Virus record (IMG/VR): IMGVR_UViG_3300046779_001672 | Coordinates: 1-34,004 of that record | DNA length: 34,004 nt | Origin: a virus | Lineage: Duplodnaviria > Caudoviricetes | Strand: one strand, 5' to 3' | Part shown: in pieces, positions 14,986-22,801 of the stretch | Position numbering within the stretch: the stretch's first letter is position 1 | Layout: each line of letters opens with the position of its first letter | The notes under the pieces: model-generated | What the model saw: the letters and a program-made list of their open reading frames with translations, nothing else | Told to the model about the DNA's origin: nothing | Databases searched by the model: none | Made by a program: the position numbers and the translations under genes

Positions 14986-15560
14986 ATATCTTTTACTTAG
15001 ATCATGATGTGAAAAAGTGTGCAGAGATGCACAACGATAAACACTGCGTGAAAATGATTCTCGAATATGCACAACTATTATCTACTGCTCACCGCATCCT
15101 TGACGGTGTTGTTTCTACTGGGCTCACTAAAACTGGTCGAAAAAAGACTGTATATGCTCTTGCCGATCACCGTGATACCGTTCTCTATTCAGCTACTCAT
15201 GTTAACCATCCTTCTGCAACGTGGGTGAGACAATCGAAAGAGAATTACATTTGGTTAGCAAAGCTTTTGGCAGCTCTTTGTGAAGAATATACACATCGCT
15301 ATGGCAAAACACACAAGGTAGTTCGTGACGGTTTATGTTATGCGTTATTGAATATTGTCCCTAATAATATTCCAGACAAACCATTTACAGAACCAACGCC
15401 TGCAATGCCAGACGATGTTAAAATCGTTGGCAATTCGCTTGCGTCCTATCGCAATTACTATATAAAGAATAAGACTCATTTAGCAAAGTGGAAGAATCGT
15501 CCTATCCCAGAATGGTATCATGACAATACTGAGAGAACTTACCAATCAGAAGCATCGTGA
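14982..15560 (+). CDS. Pyrimidine dimer DNA glycosylase / endonuclease V-like protein
   Basis: MNIFYLD...DKHCVKMILEYAQLLSTAH...HVNHPS...YTHRYGKTH; TTG start. Confidence 0.85.
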   Translation: MNIFYLDHDVKKCAEMHNDKHCVKMILEYAQLLSTAHRILDGVVSTGLTKTGRKKTVYALADHRDTVLYSATHVNHPSATWVRQSKENYIWLAKLLAALCEEYTHRYGKTHKVVRDGLCYALLNIVPNNIPDKPFTEPTPAMPDDVKIVGNSLASYRNYYIKNKTHLAKWKNRPIPEWYHDNTERTYQSEAS

Positions 15561-16077
15561 AGTTGAGGCAACACCGTTTGTTCAATATCTTTTGTCTGGG
15601 AATATTTCAAAAGATGCTTACGTTGCCTTTCTTTACGAATTTCGTACAATATATGAAGTTATCGAACGTGAGAATCACAGACATGGTTTAATGAAAGGTC
15701 TTGAGGGTATTGAACGTGCAGAAGCAATCAGTAAAGACTTATACGAATTGGATCAGTCTCATTTTCACAGTTTGATGCCATCAACAATCGAATACACGAA
15801 TCACATTCTCGATTTATCAAAATCAAAATCTAAACGTCATTTATTATTTGCTCATGTCTACGTTAGACATACTGGTGATTTATATGGAGGTAAAATAATT
15901 GCTCGCCTTGTTCCTGGTTCTGGCCGCATGTATGTTTTTGATGATCGTCCAGGTCTGATAAAGAAAATCAACGAAAAACTTACACTAGATTTGGCAGCTG
16001 AAGCGAATCTAGCGTTTGACTATTTCATAAAAATATTTAACGAATTATCCGAGTTTACAAAACATGCCAACGTATAG
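15520..16077 (+). CDS. Heme oxygenase (biliverdin-producing type)
   Basis: LRELTxxxHxxxE proximal His, HVYVRHTGDLYGG distal helix, EANLAF. Confidence 0.9.
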   Translation: MTILRELTNQKHREVEATPFVQYLLSGNISKDAYVAFLYEFRTIYEVIERENHRHGLMKGLEGIERAEAISKDLYELDQSHFHSLMPSTIEYTNHILDLSKSKSKRHLLFAHVYVRHTGDLYGGKIIARLVPGSGRMYVFDDRPGLIKKINEKLTLDLAAEANLAFDYFIKIFNELSEFTKHANV

Positions 16078-16372
16078 TTTTATTGATACCGATACTGATG
16101 AAGAATTTGAAATCTTCATGTCCATGTCGGATCGTGAAGAATTCTTAAAAGAAAATCCATCTATTAAGTCAACATTGACCTCTGCACCAGCGCTCGTGCG
16201 AGGAACAAATGCAAACAATAAAGTACCTGAAGGTTTCAAGGAAGTGCTTTCTAAAGTTGCAGAAGCACATCCTGAAAGTGTGGTGGGTGATCGTTATGGT
16301 AGAAAGACAATCAAAAGTGTTAAGACAAGAGAGATTGTCAACAAGTATTACCAAAAATCAAAGAAAGGGTGA
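16064..16372 (+). CDS. Hypothetical protein of T4-like phages (FmdB-like N-terminus lacking Cys)
   Basis: MPTYSF...GFKEVLSKVAEAHP. Confidence 0.7.
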   Translation: MPTYSFIDTDTDEEFEIFMSMSDREEFLKENPSIKSTLTSAPALVRGTNANNKVPEGFKEVLSKVAEAHPESVVGDRYGRKTIKSVKTREIVNKYYQKSKKG

Positions 16373-16415
16373 CGCAAGACTTTTGACATGATAACAATCC
16401 GAGAAGGGAGCGCCT

Positions 16416-16628
16416 ATGTCAAAGAGTTCGATGCAAAAGAAAGTTCAGTTACTAAAAGCAAAGTTTGATGGAGAGTTACCCGATGATGATCCTTGGAGTG
16501 CTGAAAACATTGCAAAGAACCGAGAGAAATGGTTAAAACAAAACAAGCCTTGGGTTTTAGAAGGTATGGATTGTTATGAATATTATTTGAAGTATATTAA
16601 ACCTCTACAGGAGAAAGAAGCTGCATAA
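16416..16628 (+). CDS. Hypothetical protein
   Basis: GGGAG SD, 70 aa. Confidence 0.7.
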   Translation: MSKSSMQKKVQLLKAKFDGELPDDDPWSAENIAKNREKWLKQNKPWVLEGMDCYEYYLKYIKPLQEKEAA

Positions 16629-17299
16629 TGTATTTTCGTCATGAGCATCTAGATGGTTTAGATTGCACACTTGAACAGATCAACGAAGAAACGGGTAGAC
16701 GCTACAGAACGCCAGGAGGGAATGTCTACCCGTCCATCACTACAGTTCTAGGATCAATAAAAAATGTTGAACTAGATGCTTGGCGTGAAAGAGTCGGAAA
16801 CGAATACGCTAATGAAGTTTCACGCAAAGCTTCTGGTCGTGGTACAAGAGTTCACAATACGATTGAAAAATATCTGAAGAATGAATTAACAGATATGGAC
16901 ATTCGTCGTATGATGCCAGACTTGAAGGATATGTTTCGAAAGATTCGTCCCTTTATAGATAATCATATTGGTACGATCTATGGAGTAGAAAAAAAATTAT
17001 ATAGTGACAGATTAAGAATTGCTGGTACTTGTGATTGTATTGCGGAGTGGGATGGTGTCATTTCGATAATTGACTGGAAAACAAGTAATTATCAAAAAGA
17101 CAAGTATCAAATTGACAACTACTTTATGCAAGTTGCAGGGTATGCGGACATGGTGTATGAGAGGGTCAATATCCCTATCCAGAGGGTCGTGGTGGCGATA
17201 AACGTAGAGCATGAAGGGTCACAAGTGTACGTGGAGGAGAAAGATAATTATCTTGCCAAATTGGAAAGTTGCATAAATGACTACTACTTGACAAATTAA
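16628..17299 (+). CDS. PD-(D/E)XK exonuclease
   Basis: YPSITTVLG, RGTRVH, E...AGTCDCI...IIDWKTS and QVAGY motifs. Confidence 0.9.
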   Translation: MYFRHEHLDGLDCTLEQINEETGRRYRTPGGNVYPSITTVLGSIKNVELDAWRERVGNEYANEVSRKASGRGTRVHNTIEKYLKNELTDMDIRRMMPDLKDMFRKIRPFIDNHIGTIYGVEKKLYSDRLRIAGTCDCIAEWDGVISIIDWKTSNYQKDKYQIDNYFMQVAGYADMVYERVNIPIQRVVVAINVEHEGSQVYVEEKDNYLAKLESCINDYYLTN

Positions 17300-17316
17300 A
17301 AACGGTATGATACAAT
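17288..17316 (+). promoter_or_regulatory. Sigma70-type promoter, probably for the bfd-like gene and tmRNA
   Basis: TTGACA-N17-TACAAT with TGn extension. Confidence 0.75.
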
Positions 17317-17488
17317 GGAACTACATAAAAGAACAATAGCAAGAGCAGTCGTTTGGCGAATAATTGCTACACTAGTTACTGCAATATGGGCAGGTTGGTC
17401 TGGTGCTATACTAGCTAATATTGTACTGACAGTATTACATTATGTTCACGAAAGAGTTTGGTTAAAGATTGAATGGGGTCGTGAATGA
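17315..17488 (+). CDS. DUF2061-like small membrane protein (57 aa)
   Basis: RTIARAVVWRIIAT...HYVHERVWLKIEWG; not in the track. Confidence 0.8.
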   Translation: MELHKRTIARAVVWRIIATLVTAIWAGWSGAILANIVLTVLHYVHERVWLKIEWGRE

Positions 17489-17634
17489 TTGTTTGTGTTT
17501 GCAGAAACATTAAAGAATCTGATTTTGAAACAAAAGAACAAATGATCGAACGTGTTATGCAGTGCGATCATAATTGTGGACAGTGCCAAGAGTATTGTCA
17601 GCAATTAAAAGAATTGTTGTATGAAGTTGAATGA
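17485..17634 (+). CDS. Bfd-like [2Fe-2S] ferredoxin (49 aa)
   Basis: MIVCVCRNI...CGQC (CxC...CxxC); ATGA overlap with the upstream gene; not in the track. Confidence 0.75.
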   Translation: MIVCVCRNIKESDFETKEQMIERVMQCDHNCGQCQEYCQQLKELLYEVE

Positions 17635-17938
17635 AAGGTGTTCTGGACGTGGGTTCGACTCCCACCTGGTCCACCAGAAACACATTATGGAGTTACCCGC
17701 TACACTACTAAAGGATCGCAACCTGTAGTAATATACAACGTGTGGTAGTGTGTTTCTGATGGGCCAGACATGGCTTCGACAGGGCAATGAGTAAGGATAT
17801 GGACAACACGGTAGGCGATGACCGTAAATCAAGCAAATTTATAAATGCAAATGACGCATTTTATGGTGAGGATCGCCTAGCAGCGTAACTCACTTGGGGT
17901 TTGAGGGGGTGTACCTTATTACCAAAACACTCCCACCA
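17612..17938 (+). ncRNA. ssrA: Circularly permuted (two-piece) tmRNA
   Basis: Acceptor piece ends GTGGG-TTCGACT-CCCAC-CTGGTCC-ACCA (17676). Coding piece begins GGGCCAG at 17761 (G3-U70). Tag frame ANDAFYGEDRLAA* at 17847-17888. Outer ends approximate. Confidence 0.92.
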
Positions 17939-17961
17939 TTTATTATTGAACAGGTGACAAA

Positions 17962-18150
17962 ATGCCTTTCGTTATTGAACAAAAAGCAGTTGAACCAACA
18001 TATACTGAGCAGGGATCGGGTGATCCATCAACAGTAACATTAATCGTTTTTATTTTTTTGATCTATTTTTTCCGTAACATAATTTTTGCAGCATTTAAAT
18101 TTGGTTTAATTGCTGTGCTTGGTTTTTCTTTTTTATACTTTTTAAAATGA
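17962..18150 (+). CDS. Small membrane protein
   Basis: Two hydrophobic segments. Confidence 0.7.
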   Translation: MPFVIEQKAVEPTYTEQGSGDPSTVTLIVFIFLIYFFRNIIFAAFKFGLIAVLGFSFLYFLK

Positions 18151-18830
18151 AGATATATCTTTCTAATTATCGTGACCATTGGATTTCTCCATATACTATA
18201 CTGGAAAAAGTTTTCTTTTGGCGTGAGATTGATTATGATGAACCGATCATCGAAAAACTTTCTGACATACTAGAACCAATTAGTGTAGCACTTAAAAAGT
18301 TTCTTGATTTTGTTCATCCACGAATCAGTTATGTTAAGATTGATCGATATGATACATGGTCAATGGATTCAACATTGGCACCTATTATTCTTCCAATGTT
18401 GAAACAACTTAAATCAACTAAACACGGTTCTCCTCATGTTGATCTTGAAGATGTTCCAGAACATATGCGAACAACTACAACTGAAGATTGGGATCCGCAA
18501 CGTACATTTGATTTTTATAAAGAAGATCCGAATGTTGGTGAACCACATTTTGGTGAGTACGCTAATATACATGATCGTTGGAATTATGTTTTGAATGAAA
18601 TGATTTTTGCATTCGAACACCTTGTTGATGACTCATGGGAAAATGAATATAGTTCTGGTAAAATTGATTTTAAGTTTGTTCCATGTCCTGATAATCCAAA
18701 ATTATCCACGATGGAAAATGGTCCTAATCACACATACGTATGTGATTATGATGGTTTGAAAAAAGTGTATGATCGTATGGATAATGGATTCCGTCTGTTT
18801 GGTAAATATTACCGTGGATTGTGGGATTAA
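18147..18830 (+). CDS. Hypothetical phage protein
   Basis: 227 aa; YDTWSMD...LFGKYYRGLWD. Confidence 0.8.
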   Translation: MKIYLSNYRDHWISPYTILEKVFFWREIDYDEPIIEKLSDILEPISVALKKFLDFVHPRISYVKIDRYDTWSMDSTLAPIILPMLKQLKSTKHGSPHVDLEDVPEHMRTTTTEDWDPQRTFDFYKEDPNVGEPHFGEYANIHDRWNYVLNEMIFAFEHLVDDSWENEYSSGKIDFKFVPCPDNPKLSTMENGPNHTYVCDYDGLKKVYDRMDNGFRLFGKYYRGLWD

Positions 18831-18896
18831 AAGATACTAAATAAAAGACTGGCACCCACACACACAATCGCCAGTAATACACACACAGGAGAAATT

Positions 18897-19169
18897 ATGA
18901 GCAATCTTACCCCATTCGAGATCCGTCTCGAACTTTTAAAAATGGCCAAAGAACTTTTACTGGAGGATTATCAATCCAGTAAAGAACGGCTAGTCAATGA
19001 ATGGCAAGTGAAGGTAGAGTCCGCTAAACTAAACGGACAAGCGATACCAGATCACCCAGCCTTTCCAACATATCCCTCAGAAACAGATATCATCAATAAG
19101 GCAGCTGCCTTGAATGGTTTCGTTTCGAATATTACAGCAGAAAAGACACAGAGCAAAAAGTCTGCCTGA
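18897..19169 (+). CDS. Hypothetical protein of T4-like phages
   Basis: TPFEIRLELLKMA motif; SD AGGAG; late-type ACTAAATA at 18836-18843. Confidence 0.8.
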   Translation: MSNLTPFEIRLELLKMAKELLLEDYQSSKERLVNEWQVKVESAKLNGQAIPDHPAFPTYPSETDIINKAAALNGFVSNITAEKTQSKKSA

Positions 19170-19217
19170 TCGGGACAAGAGGTGCGTAAGCACCTCCCTA
19201 ACTTATAAGGAGAAAAT

Positions 19218-19796
19218 ATGCGAAACACACTCGTTTCAAATTTTTTTATTTTAACAATCTTTGCAATCGTATTGAGTTTAGTCGGAATATTTGTTTTAGA
19301 TAGAAAACCAGTTCAGATTGTATCACTAGAAGGTGCAGATATAAAACTGCATCACCTAACTTCTGACGCAAAGCGTGAAATCGCTTGTCTTGCAGAAAAC
19401 ATTTACTTTGAGGCAGCTCATGAACCTGAAGTGGGACAATTAGCTGTCGCATTCGTAACCATGAATAGAGTAAACAGTGGCAAATTTGCCGATACTATTT
19501 GTGGTGTAGTGAAACAAAAGATTGGAAGCACTTGTCAGTTTTCTTGGTGGTGTGAAACGAAACCGTACACAATGTCAACCAATCAAGTCTTGACAAAAAC
19601 TAACAATCAGTTGTATAATAGAATTCAAGATATGGCAGTAAACTTTTATTTGAATCATGAACGAATGAAGGATCCATCTAAAGGAGCTTTGTATTATCAT
19701 GCAGATTATGTTAACCCTGGCTGGAAACTGCCAAAAAATATTCAAATCGGTAGGCACATTTTTTACGGAGAAAAGAATGGAAGAAGGTATCTCTAA
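19218..19796 (+). CDS. Cell wall hydrolase, SleB/Hydrolase_2 family, membrane anchored
   Basis: CLAENIYFEA, AVAFVTMNRV, CQFSW, ALYYHADYVNP and IGRHIFY motifs. Confidence 0.92.
   Translation: MRNTLVSNFFILTIFAIVLSLVGIFVLDRKPVQIVSLEGADIKLHHLTSDAKREIACLAENIYFEAAHEPEVGQLAVAFVTMNRVNSGKFADTICGVVKQKIGSTCQFSWWCETKPYTMSTNQVLTKTNNQLYNRIQDMAVNFYLNHERMKDPSKGALYYHADYVNPGWKLPKNIQIGRHIFYGEKNGRRYL
19590..19619 (+). promoter_or_regulatory. Intragenic sigma70-type promoter
   Basis: TTGACA-N18-TATAAT. Confidence 0.65.
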
Positions 19797-20028
19797 TAAA
19801 CAGAACACGGTATTGATAGTATGTCTGACTTTGGTCTTACTTACTTTTATATTCTCGTTGGTTTATTATTCAATTTCTGACAGAAAACTAATGGCGACAA
19901 ATATTGAAGCCGCAATTGCAAAAGGTATCGATCCATTAGCAGTTCGTTGTTCATATGCAAAAGGAGATGACAATATCTGTGTAGCATATGCAATATCGAA
20001 CAAATCAATTGACGCACCAAGACGATAA
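19777..20028 (+). CDS. Hypothetical single-pass membrane protein
   Basis: GGAG SD; TM segment; KGIDPLAVRC motif. Confidence 0.7.
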   Translation: MEEGISNKQNTVLIVCLTLVLLTFIFSLVYYSISDRKLMATNIEAAIAKGIDPLAVRCSYAKGDDNICVAYAISNKSIDAPRR

Positions 20029-20045
20029 ATCAAAAGGAGTATATT

Positions 20046-20318
20046 ATGGCAGTACAACAATTGAGTATAAACTCGTTGAGTAATCCAGCAGACCAGAAGA
20101 AACTTCTTTCTCTGTTAAAGACTTGTTCAGATTCACTGACACGTATGGAAGCAGAGAAAGAACTAATCAAGGCAGAGATCGCTGAAATTTCTGAACAACT
20201 TGAAATTCCAAAACGTTTGCTTAATAAACTGGTTCGTGTTTATCACAAACAGAACTATGATGAAGAAGTAACAACCAATGAACAATTTGTCCAACTTTAT
20301 GAAACGGTGGTGAAATAA
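20046..20318 (+). CDS. dsbA: T4-like dsDNA-binding protein DsbA
   Basis: SDSLTRMEAEKELIK...LVRVYHKQNYDEE...LYETV; synteny with 33-59-32. Confidence 0.85.
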   Translation: MAVQQLSINSLSNPADQKKLLSLLKTCSDSLTRMEAEKELIKAEIAEISEQLEIPKRLLNKLVRVYHKQNYDEEVTTNEQFVQLYETVVK

Positions 20319-20830
20319 TGTCTAGATTTACATTTACAAACGACAATGATTTTGACAATACACATGTCAATTATTCTTTCGATGCGGAAAGCATTCATGA
20401 TGTTTTCGATCACATGAAATACTTTTTGAGAGCTTGTGGATACGAAGCTGCTGGTGATATTGGTTTGTTTCCAGACGTTACTGAAAGTTATGATGAATCT
20501 GAATATCAAAAGGATCATGCATTCGACAATATTCCAAATAACAGTTGGCCGTTTGGCGAATCAAAACCATCTACAAGTATGCCAAAACATTCTGAACATG
20601 AACATGGATGGTATGAGTGGAACAATAGTTATTCTTTGACCAGTGCTAGCATACCAGCATTGACTACGTTTGATTTGTCGTCAATGACTGTAACTGATTT
20701 GTCTACGTTGACAACTAAATCTTGGAGTGATTGGTCACAACCAACCATGGCACCACTGACTACTGAACAAATTAAATCTTGGTCTATGGAAATGCCAGGC
20801 ACTCTTGGTTCTGCAAAAGTTAAATTCTGA
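20318..20830 (+). CDS. Hypothetical protein with a Ser/Thr-rich repeated C-terminus
   Basis: FLRACGY N-domain; LTT/DLS repeats. Confidence 0.7.
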   Translation: MSRFTFTNDNDFDNTHVNYSFDAESIHDVFDHMKYFLRACGYEAAGDIGLFPDVTESYDESEYQKDHAFDNIPNNSWPFGESKPSTSMPKHSEHEHGWYEWNNSYSLTSASIPALTTFDLSSMTVTDLSTLTTKSWSDWSQPTMAPLTTEQIKSWSMEMPGTLGSAKVKF

Positions 20831-21051
20831 TGCCAACTAAAGACGAAATGATGAAGTTTGCTCGTGCAATCGATGAACTGGTTGCACGAACAGACTACAA
20901 TTACATAGAAGCGATTGTTGAACATTGTAAACAAACTGGACTTGAAATAGAAGTCGCTGCGACACTTATTAATCAAAATTTGAAATCAAAGATTGAGAGT
21001 GATGCGATGGACTTGAATCTATTACCCAAGACCAATAAATTACCTATATGA
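20830..21051 (+). CDS. gp33: Late transcription coactivator gp33
   Basis: NYIEAIVEHC...LKSKIESDAMDLNLL...KLPI. Confidence 0.9.
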   Translation: MPTKDEMMKFARAIDELVARTDYNYIEAIVEHCKQTGLEIEVAATLINQNLKSKIESDAMDLNLLPKTNKLPI

Positions 21052-21641
21052 TTACTGCTTATGAAACCTTTCAACTCTATAACGCATTAAAATTACACTT
21101 TACTGGAAATTATGATTTCTTTAAGTATAATGGTAAGAGTAATGTGAGTGTTGATTCGTTCGAACGCCGAAAAGACAAGTATCATTTCTACAAACTGTCA
21201 CGCAAGTATCCAAACAAGGAAGATATGAAAAACTTCCTTGTTGCGAACTTTGTCGAAAACGATCAAATGTGGGTTGGTGATTTGCTAAACGATGGTGCTA
21301 TTGATAATTACAGGCGCCGCCAGAAAGTATTACAATCACTAACCTACAGTTTTGAGAATGATATTAAAAATGTCTTTGAAGGTGTTGAAGATAAGAATGC
21401 TCTGATGCGTTGTAAAGATGGAGATTATCCACCACTGTTATTAAAGTATTTGCGTAGAGAAGTTCAAATTGAAACTCTATGTGTACTTGACATGATTCTC
21501 GGATTTGTCAAATCTTGGGATGATTGTATTGCAGAAACTATTCGTTGGCCTGGTATCAGAAAACGTATAGTTAAATATGAACCATTTATATCATTCGATG
21601 AGGTGAGACTAAAACTTAAACTCAAAGAAATACTACAATGA
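21048..21641 (+). CDS. gp59: Helicase loader gp59
   Basis: YNALKLHFT...YDFFKYNGK...FERRKDKYHFYKLS. Confidence 0.93.
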   Translation: MITAYETFQLYNALKLHFTGNYDFFKYNGKSNVSVDSFERRKDKYHFYKLSRKYPNKEDMKNFLVANFVENDQMWVGDLLNDGAIDNYRRRQKVLQSLTYSFENDIKNVFEGVEDKNALMRCKDGDYPPLLLKYLRREVQIETLCVLDMILGFVKSWDDCIAETIRWPGIRKRIVKYEPFISFDEVRLKLKLKEILQ

Positions 21642-22522
21642 AAAAAATACTCATTTTATTTGCACTGGCATCTGCGAGTGTATTTGCAAAAGAACCCTCT
21701 GTGATGCACATGGATGTCAGTAAGAATAAAATTGAATATAATTCTAAAATATCTGATGTACGTCCGCTAGCCAGTATAACCAAGTTGATGACTGCAATGG
21801 TATCACTTGATTATGATGATGATCTGAATCGTCTGGTAGAATTGAAACCACTGGCTAGTACATCTTTACCCAAACGCAAGTATACACGTAATGATTTGTT
21901 TCATGCCATGTTGATTCGTAGTGATAATGGTGCTGCTGAAACAATCGCATCCGATTATCCTGGCGGTAGAAAAAAGTTCATCGACGCAATGAATCGCAAA
22001 GCATTGCAGATCGGTATGTTGAGTACATACTTCAAGGATCCTACTGGTCTAAGCGTACAGAATACGAGTACCGCAACCGATATAACAAATATGGTTATCG
22101 CAGCATCATATTATTCTGTGATACGTGAAACAAGTATTAAGAAACAAGCATTGTTTGAAACACAATACAAGAAACGTATTCGCACTATCGCATTAAAGAA
22201 TACTAATCAACCATTACTATTTGAATTCGACCAGATCATTATCAGTAAAACAGGATTCACTAATCCTGCAGGATGGTGCGTTGCATTGATGGTTGAAAAG
22301 AAAGAGAAAGTGGTAAGAGAAGAAGGTGTAGTAGATAAAGTATCAAGATGGATAAAACAAACACCGAAAGAAGATGATTATGAAGTTCATCGCCACGTTA
22401 TAGTGATATTAGGTGCGAAAAATAAACAAGATCGTATTGACAAAGTTAAACGAATAATGTACAATGAAATACTAGATAACGATTTGCAGGAGTCTACCGA
22501 TGGACATAAAACAAGTGATTGA
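21638..22522 (+). CDS. D-Ala-D-Ala carboxy/endopeptidase, peptidase S11 (PBP7-like)
   Basis: Signal peptide; SxxK (ASITKL), SDN and KTG motifs. Confidence 0.9.
   Translation: MKKILILFALASASVFAKEPSVMHMDVSKNKIEYNSKISDVRPLASITKLMTAMVSLDYDDDLNRLVELKPLASTSLPKRKYTRNDLFHAMLIRSDNGAAETIASDYPGGRKKFIDAMNRKALQIGMLSTYFKDPTGLSVQNTSTATDITNMVIAASYYSVIRETSIKKQALFETQYKKRIRTIALKNTNQPLLFEFDQIIISKTGFTNPAGWCVALMVEKKEKVVREEGVVDKVSRWIKQTPKEDDYEVHRHVIVILGAKNKQDRIDKVKRIMYNEILDNDLQESTDGHKTSD
22437..22465 (+). promoter_or_regulatory. Intragenic sigma70-type promoter
   Basis: TTGACA-N17-TACAAT. Confidence 0.65.
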
Positions 22523-22721
22523 CAGAATTAAAAATCTAGAAGAATATGAAGTTTGGATAGATTTGCCTGACAATTTTGCATTTCGTGGTAGATCGCCATT
22601 CGATATCTATATTACCAACAACAATGTGGCATTAGTCAAAGTGATTGCTGCTTCAATAGAAGAAGCAACACAAAAAGCACATGACTTTTTTTACGGCGAA
22701 GATGATGAAGAAAGCTTGTAA
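22500..22721 (+). CDS. Hypothetical protein
   Basis: AGGAG SD, 73 aa. Confidence 0.7.
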   Translation: MDIKQVIDRIKNLEEYEVWIDLPDNFAFRGRSPFDIYITNNNVALVKVIAASIEEATQKAHDFFYGEDDEESL

Positions 22722-22801
22722 GATGACTATATACTAGTATATAATGATACAAGTGAATAAGATGCTTATACAACGACATACAATTATACGAGGAGAATAC
22801 A

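Noticed and set aside
15520-16077. Cyanophage assignment from the heme oxygenase and 2OG oxygenase
   Set aside because: No photosynthesis or bilin reductase genes in the window, and pqqA points to a proteobacterial host.
16628-17299. Cas4 as part of a CRISPR system
   Set aside because: No array or other cas genes and no C-terminal Cys cluster; an ordinary phage PD-(D/E)XK exonuclease.
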